From: Planctomycetota bacterium
Lineage (GTDB): Bacteria > Planctomycetota > SZUA-567 > H5-PLA8
Assembly (NCBI GenBank): GCA_038227875.1
Contig: JBBRPR010000002.1
Location: forward strand, 160,001 to 224,000
Length of the DNA: 64,000 bases
Direction: 5' to 3'
Of the stretch, positions 19,372-29,422 are shown one piece after another. The notes under the pieces are model-generated. The model was given only the letters and a program-made list of their open reading frames with translations, did no database searches and was not told where the DNA came from. A program made the translations under genes and the position numbers. Position 1 is the stretch's first letter, and the number at the start of each line of letters is the position of its first letter.

Positions 19372-20013
19372 ATGACCAGGCCCAAACGGCGCTTCTGGCG
19401 TATTCACTTAAGCACCGCGCTGGTGCTGATGGTCGAGTCCGCGGTGATTCTATTCCTATTTCTGCGCGCGATGGGATACGTCGATCTTCCCGCGTTCGGG
19501 GCAAACGGCGAGAGCAACGGGGCGAGTGTCAACGAGCCCGTCGCGGTGGTGCATCCTCAACATGTCGATTTGAAACCCAGCGCCAGAGGCTCACCCAGCA
19601 ATTATAGCGACCTGGTGATTCTGGACGGATCGGACAGCAGGGCGAATTCCGCGAATGCGTCGACGACGCTCACTTATCAATGGAGACAGATCCGGGGTGA
19701 CGATCTGAACCTCGACGAAACCCGGCTCGCAAAAACGAGAGTTGGACTTCGTATCTATCAACCGGGCGACTACGCGTTTGAACTGGTTGTGACCGCCAAT
19801 GGTGTAAAGAGCAAACCGGCCGTGATGACTGTCAGCGTGACCGGCAATCCGTGGGACCGCATGCGGCGAATCGGCGCCACCTATTCCGGCATCGCTGCGC
19901 TCGTACTTTTCCTCACCGCTGTCGCCTTGGAATGGCGCATCCAGCGGTCGGAAGAAAGGTGGGATCACTGGGAGGAAATTGTTCGCAGCAATGAATCTGT
20001 ACAAAGTGAGTGA
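19372..20013 (+). CDS. Two-TM 'RIHLSTA' family protein with PKD/Ig-like central domain
   Basis: KRRFWRIHLSTALVLM...; VILDGSDS...LTYQWRQIRG...PGDYAFELVVT; C-terminal TM ending LEWRIQR. Confidence 0.8.
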   Translation: MTRPKRRFWRIHLSTALVLMVESAVILFLFLRAMGYVDLPAFGANGESNGASVNEPVAVVHPQHVDLKPSARGSPSNYSDLVILDGSDSRANSANASTTLTYQWRQIRGDDLNLDETRLAKTRVGLRIYQPGDYAFELVVTANGVKSKPAVMTVSVTGNPWDRMRRIGATYSGIAALVLFLTAVALEWRIQRSEERWDHWEEIVRSNESVQSE

Positions 20014-20153
20014 ACAGAAAACGGGAAGTGATCTCAAAAGAGTTGTAATTTCAGGGGAACGTGCGTCGTAATTGTAGAAAACGATGTTGCACTTCACTCC
20101 AGCCCCGGAAGGCGACCGCTACCATGGCTGGAAAAATCTCCACACCCAACCCG

Positions 20154-20181
20154 TTGACATTCCCAAACCGCAGGATATAGT
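20154..20181 (+). promoter_or_regulatory. Sigma-70-type promoter of the GH116 gene
   Basis: TTGACA-N16-TATAGT, about 50 nt upstream of the ATG at 20232. Confidence 0.6.
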
Positions 20182-20231
20182 CCCCGTGTAGTTACACGGA
20201 AGCCTGAAAGGCCCACTTGGAGACTTTCCTC

Positions 20232-22712
20232 ATGCCCGCCGTTACCGACCCCTTCCATCGCACCTACACTGACAAAAGCCTCGCCTTCGTCGCGTTCCCC
20301 ATGGGCGGCATTGGCTCTGGGACCATCTGCTTGGAGGGCACCGGCGCGCTCTCGCATGTCTCGCTGCGGCACAAGCCAGAGGTCTGGAACGAACCGCAGG
20401 TCTTCTCGGCGCTCTGCATCAAAGGCGCCCCGGGGCAGGAGAACATCGCCCGCGTGCTCGAAGGCCAGGTGCCGCGGCATAAGATTTTTACTCAACAGGG
20501 TTCCGGCAACGGCCTGGGCTCGCGCGCGTACGGGCTGCCGCGCTTTAAGAAAGCCTCGTTCTCTTCGCGCTTCCCGTTTGGAACTGTGCGGCTGGAAGAT
20601 CCGAAAATTCCGCTGCAGGTCATGATCACCGGTTGGAGCCCCTTCATTCCCGGCAACGCGGATGCGTCGAGCCTTCCCTGCGCGGCGCTGGAATTCAATT
20701 TTAAGAACCCAACCAATAAAACCATCGACGCCGTCTACTCCTTCAACGCACGCAATTTTCTCGGGATTCACAAGGACCAGCAGGCGGTGCTCGGCATGCC
20801 CGGCGGATTCCTCCTGCGCGCCACCGGCACGGCCGAGAAGCCCCACGAAGAAGCTTCGTTCGCAGCGGTGACCGACGACAGCGCGGCGAAGACCAGCTAC
20901 TGGTTCCGCGGCGGTTGGTTCGATCCGATGACCGTGGCGTGGAAGCGCGTGCAGGAAGGTTACTGCGACGAGCAGCCACCCGTGACCGGTGCGCCGGCGC
21001 CCGGCGGGATGCTCGCCGTTCCGTTCACGTTGAAGCCCGACGAGCAGAAAACCATCCGGCTGATGCTCAGCTGGTACACGCCCTACACCGATCAGCGTTA
21101 CGGTCCCGAAATTCCTGCGCCGGCTGCCGCTGCGGCCGCGTCGTGCTCCGATGCTTCCTGCGATTGCAAACCCGCAAAGCCGGAAAGCTATCGCGCCTGG
21201 TACACCGGCGCGTTTCCGGACGTCACATCCGTCGCGCAACACTGGCGCACGCAGTATGCGACGTTGCGGGAGAAGACGAAGCAGTTCACCGATTGTTTCC
21301 ACAACACGTCGCTGCCTGAAAGTGTGGTCGACGCGATCGCCGCCAATCTCTGCATCCTGAAATCGCCGACCGTGCTGCGCCAGCGCGACGGACGCATGTG
21401 GGCGTGGGAAGGCTGCGGCGACAACCACGGTTGCTGCACCGGCTCGTGCACCCACGTCTGGAACTACGCGCAGGCCATCCCGCATCTTTTCCCCGATCTG
21501 GAACGCACGCTCCGCGAAACGGAGTTCATTGATTCGCAGAACGAAGCCGGGCATCAGAATTTCCGCGCGTCGCTGCCGATTCGTCAGCCCGATCACAAAT
21601 TTCACGCCGCGGCCGACGGGCAGCTCGGCGGCATCATGAAGATGCACCGCGAGTGGCGCATCAGCGGCGACACCGCGTGGCTGAAGAAACTCTATCCGGC
21701 CGTGAAGCAGAGCTTGAATTACTGCATTGAAACGTGGGATCCGAAAGAGAAAGGCGTACTCGAAGAGCCCCATCACAACACGTACGACATCGAATTCTGG
21801 GGCCCCGACGGCATGTGCTCGAGTTTCTACCTCGGCGCGCTGGCCGCGGCGATCAATATGGGCGCGGCGCTGAACGATGACGTCTCGCGTTACAAAACGC
21901 TGCTGGCGAAGGGCCGCACGTACCTCGAAGAAAAACTGTTCAACGGTGAGTACTTCTTCCAGGACGTCCAGTGGGAAGGCCTGAACGCCAAAAATCCAAT
22001 CGACGGTGGCGCCGGAGCCACGAACACGCCGATTGCGATGAACTCCGATTACTCGCCCGAAGCAGTGGAAATTTTGAAGCGCGAAGGGCCGAAGTACCAG
22101 TACGGCAAAGGCTGTCTGGCCGACGGGGTGCTCGGAATCTGGATCGCGGCGATGTGCGGCATCGACAACGTGCTCGATGAACGCAAAGTCGAAAGCCACC
22201 TGCTCTCTGTCTATAAATACAATCACAAGACGGACGTGAGCGAGATTCCCAATCCGCAGCGGCCGGGTTACACGCAGGGCATCGACGGCGGGCTGCTGAT
22301 CTGCACGTGGCCGAAGGGCGAACGTCTAACGCTGCCGTTTCCGTATTCCGACGAAGCGTGGACGGGCATTGAATACCAAGTCGCCAGCCACCTCATGCTC
22401 GCCGGCCACGTTGAAGAAGCCCTGGAAATCGTCCGCGTCGCGCGCCTGCGCCACGACGGCTCCGTCCGCAATCCGTACAATGAATACGAATGCGGAAGCT
22501 GGTACGCGCGCGCAATGTCCTCCTACGGCATGATCCAGGGAATGACCGGACTGTTCTACGATGCCGTGACGAAAAAGCTGACGTTCCAGCCGCGGATCAA
22601 AGGCGACTTCCGCGCGTTCCTATCAACTGCGACGGGATTCGGCTACGCGGGCATCAAGAACGGCAAGCCCTTCGTCGAAGCCGTCGCGGGTACGATCGAC
22701 GCGAAATTCTGA
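20232..22712 (+). CDS. Glycoside hydrolase family 116 (non-lysosomal glucosylceramidase/beta-glucosidase-like)
   Basis: FPMGGIGSGTI, WEGC...CCTGSCTHVWNYAQA, HNTYDIEF, WTGIEY, RNPYNEYECGSWYARAMSS. Confidence 0.9.
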   Translation: MPAVTDPFHRTYTDKSLAFVAFPMGGIGSGTICLEGTGALSHVSLRHKPEVWNEPQVFSALCIKGAPGQENIARVLEGQVPRHKIFTQQGSGNGLGSRAYGLPRFKKASFSSRFPFGTVRLEDPKIPLQVMITGWSPFIPGNADASSLPCAALEFNFKNPTNKTIDAVYSFNARNFLGIHKDQQAVLGMPGGFLLRATGTAEKPHEEASFAAVTDDSAAKTSYWFRGGWFDPMTVAWKRVQEGYCDEQPPVTGAPAPGGMLAVPFTLKPDEQKTIRLMLSWYTPYTDQRYGPEIPAPAAAAAASCSDASCDCKPAKPESYRAWYTGAFPDVTSVAQHWRTQYATLREKTKQFTDCFHNTSLPESVVDAIAANLCILKSPTVLRQRDGRMWAWEGCGDNHGCCTGSCTHVWNYAQAIPHLFPDLERTLRETEFIDSQNEAGHQNFRASLPIRQPDHKFHAAADGQLGGIMKMHREWRISGDTAWLKKLYPAVKQSLNYCIETWDPKEKGVLEEPHHNTYDIEFWGPDGMCSSFYLGALAAAINMGAALNDDVSRYKTLLAKGRTYLEEKLFNGEYFFQDVQWEGLNAKNPIDGGAGATNTPIAMNSDYSPEAVEILKREGPKYQYGKGCLADGVLGIWIAAMCGIDNVLDERKVESHLLSVYKYNHKTDVSEIPNPQRPGYTQGIDGGLLICTWPKGERLTLPFPYSDEAWTGIEYQVASHLMLAGHVEEALEIVRVARLRHDGSVRNPYNEYECGSWYARAMSSYGMIQGMTGLFYDAVTKKLTFQPRIKGDFRAFLSTATGFGYAGIKNGKPFVEAVAGTIDAKF

Positions 22713-22724
22713 AACAAAATATGA

Positions 22725-22761
22725 GGGTGGAGCGGAGAACCGGCGTTTCTCCGCTTCACCC
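22725..22761. repeat. REP-like hairpin downstream of GH116
   Basis: gggtggagcggagaa...ttctccgcttcaccc, a 15-bp stem with one G-T pair. Confidence 0.6.
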
Positions 22762-22967
22762 GACCCTAATTGTTCGCTCTCAAAACCTACCGAAGATTAA
22801 TTCCTAGTAATCCGCTAGACATTGTGGAAAATATTTGCAATCCGTGGCCCGGATGCAACTTGCTCCCATCGCTCCTTCAGCGATAATCCACTTCATCAAG
22901 ATGGGAATGCGCGGGCCAATTGGCCCGCGTCGTCTTACTGTACCTTAAAGAAGGGAACGGTCGGTTC

Positions 22968-23777
22968 ATGGATCACCTGGAAGAGTTGGAAAATCAGAGC
23001 GTCTTCATCATGCGTGAAGCGTTCAATAAGTTTGAAAATTTGGCGATGCTCTGGTCGATCGGCAAGGATTCGACGGTGCTGTTGTGGCTGGCGCGCAAGG
23101 CGTTCTTCGGCCACGTGCCGTTCCCGCTGGTCCACATCGACACCTCCTACAAAATCCCGTCGATGATTGAGTACCGCGACCGCGTGGCTCAGGAATGGAA
23201 CCTGAACCTGATCGTCGGCAAGAACACCAAGGTGCTGGAAAGCGGCATCACCTATCCCAACGGCAAAGCCACGCGCGTGGAATGCTGCGGCACGTTGAAG
23301 AAAGACGGCCTGAAGAAGGTGCTCGACGAACACAACTACACCGGCGTGATCGTCGGCGTGCGCCGCGACGAGGAACCGACGCGCGCGAAGGAACGCTACT
23401 TCTCGCCGCGCGACAAGAACATGGAATGGAACGTCGAAGACCAGCCGCCGGAGTTGTGGGACCAGTTCAAGACCGACTTCGATCCCGGCACGCACATCCG
23501 CATCCATCCGCTGCTCCACTGGACCGAGCTGAATGTGTGGGAGTACATCCACAAGGAAAACATTCCGATCATCCCGCTCTATTTCGCCAAGAACGGCCGC
23601 CGCTACCGCAGCCTCGGCTGCGCCCCCTGCACCGGCGACATCGCCTCAAACGCGACGACGGTGGCGGAGATCATCGAAGAACTGAAAAACACGAAAACCG
23701 CCGAACGCTCGGGACGCGCGCAGGACCAGGAGAGCGAGGATGCGTTCGAGAAGCTCAGGCGCGATGGGTACATGTAG
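22968..23777 (+). CDS. cysD: Sulfate adenylyltransferase subunit 2
   Basis: [39 protein letters not shown]. Confidence 0.95.
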   Translation: MDHLEELENQSVFIMREAFNKFENLAMLWSIGKDSTVLLWLARKAFFGHVPFPLVHIDTSYKIPSMIEYRDRVAQEWNLNLIVGKNTKVLESGITYPNGKATRVECCGTLKKDGLKKVLDEHNYTGVIVGVRRDEEPTRAKERYFSPRDKNMEWNVEDQPPELWDQFKTDFDPGTHIRIHPLLHWTELNVWEYIHKENIPIIPLYFAKNGRRYRSLGCAPCTGDIASNATTVAEIIEELKNTKTAERSGRAQDQESEDAFEKLRRDGYM

Positions 23778-23781
23778 TCGC

Positions 23782-24298
23782 TTTTAATCGCACGCAAAGC
23801 CGCTAAGACGCAAAGAACAGCAACTGCTTTATGACTGAGAATGAGATCGCGAAGGTGGTTGTCGACGCGGCGTTTAAAGTGCATTCAAAGTTGGGGCCGG
23901 GGTTGCTTGAATCGGTGTACAAAGTCGCGCTTGCATATGAACTTCGAAAGCGCGGATTGAAAACTGAACGAGAGGTACCTGTACCGTTCAGGTACGAAGA
24001 CATTGTTTTTGAAGAGGGATTCCGGGCCGATCTCGTCATCGAAGATAAGGTCGTGATCGAGCTGAAGAGTGTCGAGGAAACCGCGTTGGTCCACAAAAAG
24101 CAATTGTTGACCTACCTGCGCCTCATGGACAAGCGATTAGGATTGCTAATCAATTTCGGCGAAGCAATGTTCAAAGACGGAGTTTCCCGAGTCGCAAACA
24201 AACTCGAGGAAGAAAAGAAATAAATGAGAAGCCGGGCCGCAGAACTTAATAGTAATCAGCAGTTCTTTGCGACTTAGCGTCTTTGCGAGAGATTAAAA
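23782..24298. repeat. ~42-bp imperfect inverted repeats flanking the GxxExxY gene
   Basis: Left ttttaatcgcacgcaaagccgctaagacgcaaagaacagc (23782-23821) vs the reverse complement of 24259-24298, ttttaatctctcgcaaagacgctaagtcgcaaagaactgc. Confidence 0.85.
23831..24223 (+). CDS. GxxExxY family protein (PD-(D/E)XK nuclease-like)
   Basis: LGPGLLESVY, RADLVIEDKVVIELK, QLLTYL...GLLINFG. Confidence 0.92.
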   Translation: MTENEIAKVVVDAAFKVHSKLGPGLLESVYKVALAYELRKRGLKTEREVPVPFRYEDIVFEEGFRADLVIEDKVVIELKSVEETALVHKKQLLTYLRLMDKRLGLLINFGEAMFKDGVSRVANKLEEEKK

Positions 24299-24302
24299 AG
24301 CA

Positions 24303-26213
24303 GTGCCTAACGAGGAGAGCTCAAGAGTGTCCGCCAAGACCGAAACCAAGAACGTCGAACAAATGAAGATCGTGATCGTCGGCCATGTCGACCATGGCAA
24401 GTCCACCTTCGTGGGGCGCTTGTTTTACGATACGGGGTCGCTGCCGACGGGGAAGTATGAGCAACTGGTGCGCATCGCCGAACGGCGCGGCGTGCCGTTT
24501 GAGTTTGCGAACTTGATGGACAGTTTGCAGAGCGAACGCGACCAGAATATCACCATCGATACCGCGCAGATCTGGTTCTCCACTCCGCGGCGGCAGTATG
24601 TGATCATCGACGCGCCCGGCCACAAGGAATTCCTCAAGAACATGATCACCGGCGCGGCCAGCGCCGACGCGGCACTGCTCCTCATCGACGCTCACGAAGG
24701 CGTGCAGGAACAGTCGCGCCGCCATGGCTACATGCTCCATCTGCTGGGCATCCGCCAGGTGATCGTGCTCGTGAACAAAATGGACTTGGTCAACTACAGC
24801 GCGGAGACTTTTAAGAAGATCGAAACGGAATACCGCGCGTTCCTGACCCAGTTGGGCGTCGTGCCGAAGCTGTTCATTCCGATCGCAGCGAAAGTCGGCG
24901 ACAACATCGCCAAGAACAGTGAGAAGACGCCGTGGTACGACGGCCCGCCGGTCGTTGGCGCAATCGACACGCTTTTCCAGGTCGCGCCGCCGCCGACGCA
25001 CCTGCCGTTCCGCTTTCCGATTCAGGACATCTACCGCTTCGACCATCGCCGCATCCTCGCCGGGCGTGTGGAATCGGGAACGGTGAAGGTCGGCGATCGC
25101 CTCGTCTTTGGACCGCGCAACAAGGAAGGCATTGTCAAAACGATCGAACGCTGGAGCGCGCCGCAGACGGACACGGCGTCCGCGGGTGAATCCGTGGGCA
25201 TCACGCTGACCGAACAGATCTTCGTCGAACGTGGCCACGTCGCCAGCCACTTGAAAGACGCGCCGATCGTCGGCACGGAATTCAGCGCCAATCTGTTCTG
25301 GCTCGGCCGCCAGCCCATGGAAATGGGCAAGCGCTACAAGCTAAAACTGACCACGCAGGAAGTTGAAGTCGAGATCGCGGCGATCAACAAGATCATCGAC
25401 GCGTCCACGCTGGGCGAAGCTTCGGAGGACCGCAAGTACGTCGCGAAAAATGACGTCGCGCAGATCGTGCTCCGAACCAAGTACCCGGTTGCATTCGACA
25501 ACCACGACCGCGTGCCGGAAGCCGGCCGCTTCGTGATCGTCGATCAGAAAGAAGTCTCCGGCGGCGGCATCATTCTGTACGCCAAGTATCCGGAAGCGCC
25601 GGACAAACCACGCTCCAGCAACGTGACGTGGCACAAGACCAAGATCAGCGTCGATGACCGTGCCATGCGCAACGGCCACAAGGGCGCGGTGATCTGGCTG
25701 ACGGGCCTTTCCGGCTCCGGCAAATCCTCCATCGCGACGGAACTGGAGAACGAGCTCTTCCATCATCAGCTCAACACATACGTGCTCGACGGCGACAACG
25801 TCCGCCACGGCCTCTGCGGCGATCTGGGTTTCACGCCCAAGGACCGCAGCGAGAACATCCGCCGCGTCGGCGAAGTGGCTCATATCATGGTCGACGCCGG
25901 CCTGATCGTGATCACGACCTTCATTTCGCCCTACCGCGAAGATCGCGATCGCGTGCGCAAAATCATCGAAGGCGACTTCATCGAAGTCCACGTGAAGTGC
26001 CCGGTCAACGTCTGTAAGGAGCGCGATCCGAAGGGTCTCTACAAGAAAGCATTGGCTGGCGAGATCAAGGATTTCACAGGCATCGACGCGCCGTACGAGG
26101 AGCCGCTGAAACCGGAGTTGACGATCGAAACCGACAAGCAGAGCCTCGGCGAATCCGTGGCGCAGATCATGGATTACCTGAAGGATTTGATCTACGTCGA
26201 GAAGCACACGTAA
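24303..26213 (+). CDS. cysNC: Bifunctional sulfate adenylyltransferase subunit 1 / adenylylsulfate kinase
   Basis: GTPase motifs [14 protein letters not shown] and NKMD; C-terminal APS kinase [27 protein letters not shown]. Exact start uncertain. Confidence 0.95.
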   Translation: MPNEESSRVSAKTETKNVEQMKIVIVGHVDHGKSTFVGRLFYDTGSLPTGKYEQLVRIAERRGVPFEFANLMDSLQSERDQNITIDTAQIWFSTPRRQYVIIDAPGHKEFLKNMITGAASADAALLLIDAHEGVQEQSRRHGYMLHLLGIRQVIVLVNKMDLVNYSAETFKKIETEYRAFLTQLGVVPKLFIPIAAKVGDNIAKNSEKTPWYDGPPVVGAIDTLFQVAPPPTHLPFRFPIQDIYRFDHRRILAGRVESGTVKVGDRLVFGPRNKEGIVKTIERWSAPQTDTASAGESVGITLTEQIFVERGHVASHLKDAPIVGTEFSANLFWLGRQPMEMGKRYKLKLTTQEVEVEIAAINKIIDASTLGEASEDRKYVAKNDVAQIVLRTKYPVAFDNHDRVPEAGRFVIVDQKEVSGGGIILYAKYPEAPDKPRSSNVTWHKTKISVDDRAMRNGHKGAVIWLTGLSGSGKSSIATELENELFHHQLNTYVLDGDNVRHGLCGDLGFTPKDRSENIRRVGEVAHIMVDAGLIVITTFISPYREDRDRVRKIIEGDFIEVHVKCPVNVCKERDPKGLYKKALAGEIKDFTGIDAPYEEPLKPELTIETDKQSLGESVAQIMDYLKDLIYVEKHT

Positions 26214-26334
26214 GACGGCATTGTGGATTGCGGATTGGGCGGGGAAGGTGGTCCCGCCCAATTTCGTTTTAATCCGAGCGTTTGTCTGCCGCTCAATGGA
26301 TGACGGTCGGGCATCTGCGTAGTACAATTCTAGA

Positions 26335-27293
26335 ATGCCCAAAGCCGTTTCGAAACGCTGGCTCCGATTCCATCTGTCGACGGCGTTAGCGACGATGTTT
26401 TTTGCCAGCGGGCTGATTTGGTTGAACACGCGAACAACGCTCACGCTGGGCGACGCTGCTCCTGCTATTCATGCGGTTTTCAATGGTAAGATCGATGTCC
26501 TAGCGAACAACACTCCAGCTCAAGAAGTATTTTCAAGTTGCCTCGAGAATACTTCCGTGGAAATCATCTTTGATGGAGAATTCAAAGATTCGGTGACGTT
26601 ATCGCTCACCAATGTAAAGCCATCCGAAGCGCTCAACCTGTTGCGGAAAAGAGCGGATTGGCTTGGGGCGCGCTGGATGAAAATGCAATTCTTGTGGGCA
26701 AGCCGCGAGACGTTTTCAGAATTTGCTCCGCTATGGAGAACATTGTCGACCCGGCGTTGCGTCAAGGCCTGATGCGCAGAGTCGTAGATTTCTGTTCGCC
26801 AGCAGACCTTGCACCTGCCGATGCAGCAGATTTTCTGAGTAGTACTCGTGTGAAGATTATCTCTCAATTTCCAGAGGAACAGGTCGTTCAACGTTATGCA
26901 TTTTGGTTTAGAGACATGCGGCTGAAAACCGCGCTGAAACGGCTCGCAGTCATATTTAACGCCCATATTGTAGTTAAAGATGGAACGATTGCCTTCGTTT
27001 CACGCCAGACGCAAGACAACGCTACAACCTCTCAGCGTCAACCCGTGGAATCGGACTGGGTCACTCGGCGTACGTTTCGCCGAGGTTGGCCGCTTACCTA
27101 TTACGAATCTGTCGAATGGGATTGGGAAATTATAAATCAGGGCAAAATCGGTACGGGTGCGGTCATCGTGAATATCATGCTCAACGGCGTCGCAGTCCTG
27201 ATCTTTGCCCTTTGCTTCGAACTAGTCCTTCGCCGATGTTTTCGCGTTACCTCCAATGAGCCCACGGGTAGTATTGGCGGGATTGGGGGGTGA
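26335..27293 (+). pseudogene. Frameshifted two-TM 'RFHLSTA' family gene with two STN/secretin-N-like domains
   Basis: ORF 26335-26772 supplies the N-terminal RFHLSTA TM. ORF 26658-27293 (frame -1) supplies GWPL...the C-terminal TM ELVLRR. Adding one base near 26640 gives a continuous ...EALNL.AEKSGLAWGALDENAILV. Confidence 0.65.
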
Positions 27294-27296
27294 GCG

Positions 27297-27779
27297 ATGG
27301 ACGTCGACAGTGATGCGAATTCCCGTCCTCTTCAGGGCCTGACCGTCGTCGTCGTCGGGCTGGCCGCTTTTTGCCTGTTGTGGCTGCATTCCCAACACGG
27401 ATACCCGTCGTTCATTCCAGCCGCGGTGCTCTTATTTGTGCTCGGCTTCATCTGTGAATCGCTGCTGCGGCTGCGACACATGGCGTTCACACCGGTTGTA
27501 CGGCCGAAGAATCAATTTGGATTGCGCATGGCCCTGATTTCAGTGCTGCTGGCTGGATGTATGATTCATAATATTGCTACCCTGCAGGTGGAGAGGAACG
27601 ACACGTCATGGCGGATCATGGCAATCCTGGCCACGTTTCTGGCGATGTTCGTTAATTATGCCATTGGCCGCTGGCAGCGTACTCGTGCCATCGCATCTCA
27701 ACGCACGGCGTCGGCGCTGGGGACTCCGCCGATTCCGACCTCGATTTCTGACGCGAGGAATTCCGAGCGGGCGCATTGA
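27297..27779 (+). CDS. Four-TM hypothetical membrane protein, related to the two-TM family motifs
   Basis: Hydrophobic segments; ICESLLRLR and RPKNQFGLRMAL motifs. Confidence 0.6.
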   Translation: MDVDSDANSRPLQGLTVVVVGLAAFCLLWLHSQHGYPSFIPAAVLLFVLGFICESLLRLRHMAFTPVVRPKNQFGLRMALISVLLAGCMIHNIATLQVERNDTSWRIMAILATFLAMFVNYAIGRWQRTRAIASQRTASALGTPPIPTSISDARNSERAH

Positions 27780-27780
27780 T

Positions 27781-29361
27781 TTACCGCACGTTCGCGCCTA
27801 GCCGTCCATTGGTCTGCAGCTGCGTTTCCCAATTCGGTTTGCTCAGCACAGCCGCCGGTACGCTGGCGTGGCGGAGGTACTCGTACTGTTGCCGGTTGAT
27901 GCGGACGTCGCGGACGGTTCCCGACGGCGTCTGCACTTCCAGATGCAGCTCGGAAATCGCCGTCATCTGGCGGAAGACGTAGTCGGCAAACAGCCATGCG
28001 TCCTGATAGCTGTTGCTGTAACGCCGCTCGGCTTCCGGTCCGTCGCCGGGTGCGAGAACGTCGGCGTCGTCGCTGGCGATCAGCGCGACGTTGAGCTCCG
28101 CGCCGTTGGCGTTGATCTTCGTGAAGCGTTCCGTGCTTGAGCCGGGCGCAGGCGGAAACGCATCCATGAACGCCAGCACTAGCTGCCGGCCAATCGCGTT
28201 GGAATCGGGATATTTCTTTTCCAGCCAGCCGTTGATCTGACCACGCGCGCGAGTGACGGATTCTTCGGCCGCCGGCGAGGTATAGCCACCCTGCGGCGTG
28301 GACGCTGCGACCTTCAATTTCTGCAGTTCGGCGAGCGCGTCGCGGATCTGGTTTTCTTGGAGACGCGCGGCGATCTGCTTTTCAAATTGTCCCAGATCGG
28401 TGGAGGTCGCGGCGGCGACGCGGGCTTCGCGCAGCTGCGAAATCTGGTAGATGCCAGCGCCCGCAGCCAGGATTCCCAGCAACGCGGCGCTGAGGCGCAC
28501 GGTCCACGGCCAATCAAGCATGCACAGCGCCAGGGCCGACAAGCTCAGCGCGCCGAGCGTCAGGACCACAAAGATCGCGCCCGGAAAGACGACGGCCGTC
28601 GCCGCCCCCAGCAGCGTGACCACGCCGACGGGCATCAGCCAGCTGAAGGTCGCCTTCTTCGGCGCCGCTTCTTTCGCCAGACAGCTCTTGCAGAAGACAC
28701 TGCCGTTGCGAATCTCTGCCGCGCCGCTGGTCAGGTCTTCCGGCTGCAACGGCAATCCGCAGACCTGGCAGAAGTAATGTTTAGGTTGTCGCGCGGAACT
28801 GGACGACGGTGACGCGCCGGGTTGAATCATCGGCCGCCGCGCTGACGATTGCCGCGCCGCCGGAACCGACGTTATTCCCGAAGCTGGCTTGATCAGTACG
28901 CCTGGCAAGGCAGTACTGGTGGACTTGCTGAGCGTCTGCGGCAGGCCGGTAGGGGAGGGCACTTTGGAAATGGTCTTCAGCGGCGACCCACTCGTGGTGG
29001 GTCGAGCTCCGACGGATGACGGGCGCGCTTGGACCGCGGGCGGCGGCTGTTGCGTGGACGATGCGCGCGCGCCGGGGATCGCGCTGGGAACTTTGATCAT
29101 TCGTGTCGAGGGCGATCCCGCCGAACGCGTTTGAGGCAGGACGGGCACGTTTCTGGATTGCGCGGAGTGCGTGCGTTTGGCGCAGCGCTCGCAACGCGCC
29201 TTGGATGCGGCCAGCAGCTGTGCGCGACCTTCCGCGATGTGATCGGCGGGAATTTCGCAGGAACAGATTTCGCACAGCAACGCTTCCATCCGCTCGACTA
29301 CGCCCTTTCCCCGAGCTGGAAGCTCGGCGGTCGCAACGCCCGTGATTCCGATCTGACTCAT
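27781..29361 (-). CDS. Membrane protein with two CxxC-x21/22-CxxC modules, Ser/Pro-rich linker, ~3 TM helices and a C-terminal domain
   Basis: CEIC...CERC and CQVC...CKSC followed by hydrophobic helices. Start uncertain. Confidence 0.75.
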   Translation of the reverse strand: MSQIGITGVATAELPARGKGVVERMEALLCEICSCEIPADHIAEGRAQLLAASKARCERCAKRTHSAQSRNVPVLPQTRSAGSPSTRMIKVPSAIPGARASSTQQPPPAVQARPSSVGARPTTSGSPLKTISKVPSPTGLPQTLSKSTSTALPGVLIKPASGITSVPAARQSSARRPMIQPGASPSSSSARQPKHYFCQVCGLPLQPEDLTSGAAEIRNGSVFCKSCLAKEAAPKKATFSWLMPVGVVTLLGAATAVVFPGAIFVVLTLGALSLSALALCMLDWPWTVRLSAALLGILAAGAGIYQISQLREARVAAATSTDLGQFEKQIAARLQENQIRDALAELQKLKVAASTPQGGYTSPAAEESVTRARGQINGWLEKKYPDSNAIGRQLVLAFMDAFPPAPGSSTERFTKINANGAELNVALIASDDADVLAPGDGPEAERRYSNSYQDAWLFADYVFRQMTAISELHLEVQTPSGTVRDVRINRQQYEYLRHASVPAAVLSKPNWETQLQTNGRLGANVR

Positions 29362-29422
29362 GCGCGTTGCCTCTCATAAGTTTACGGCAAGGACCATCGA
29401 TTACGAGACTTCACTTCCCGCA

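Noticed and set aside
17641..20013. Integron cassette array or diversity-generating retroelement explaining the variable two-TM genes
   Set aside because: No integrase, attC-like sites, reverse transcriptase or template/variable repeat pair is visible in the window.
22890..22960. SAM-I riboswitch upstream of cysD
   Set aside because: atcaaga...tggccc resembles the 5' part only; the GCAACC and GTGC..ATTCC core elements are missing.
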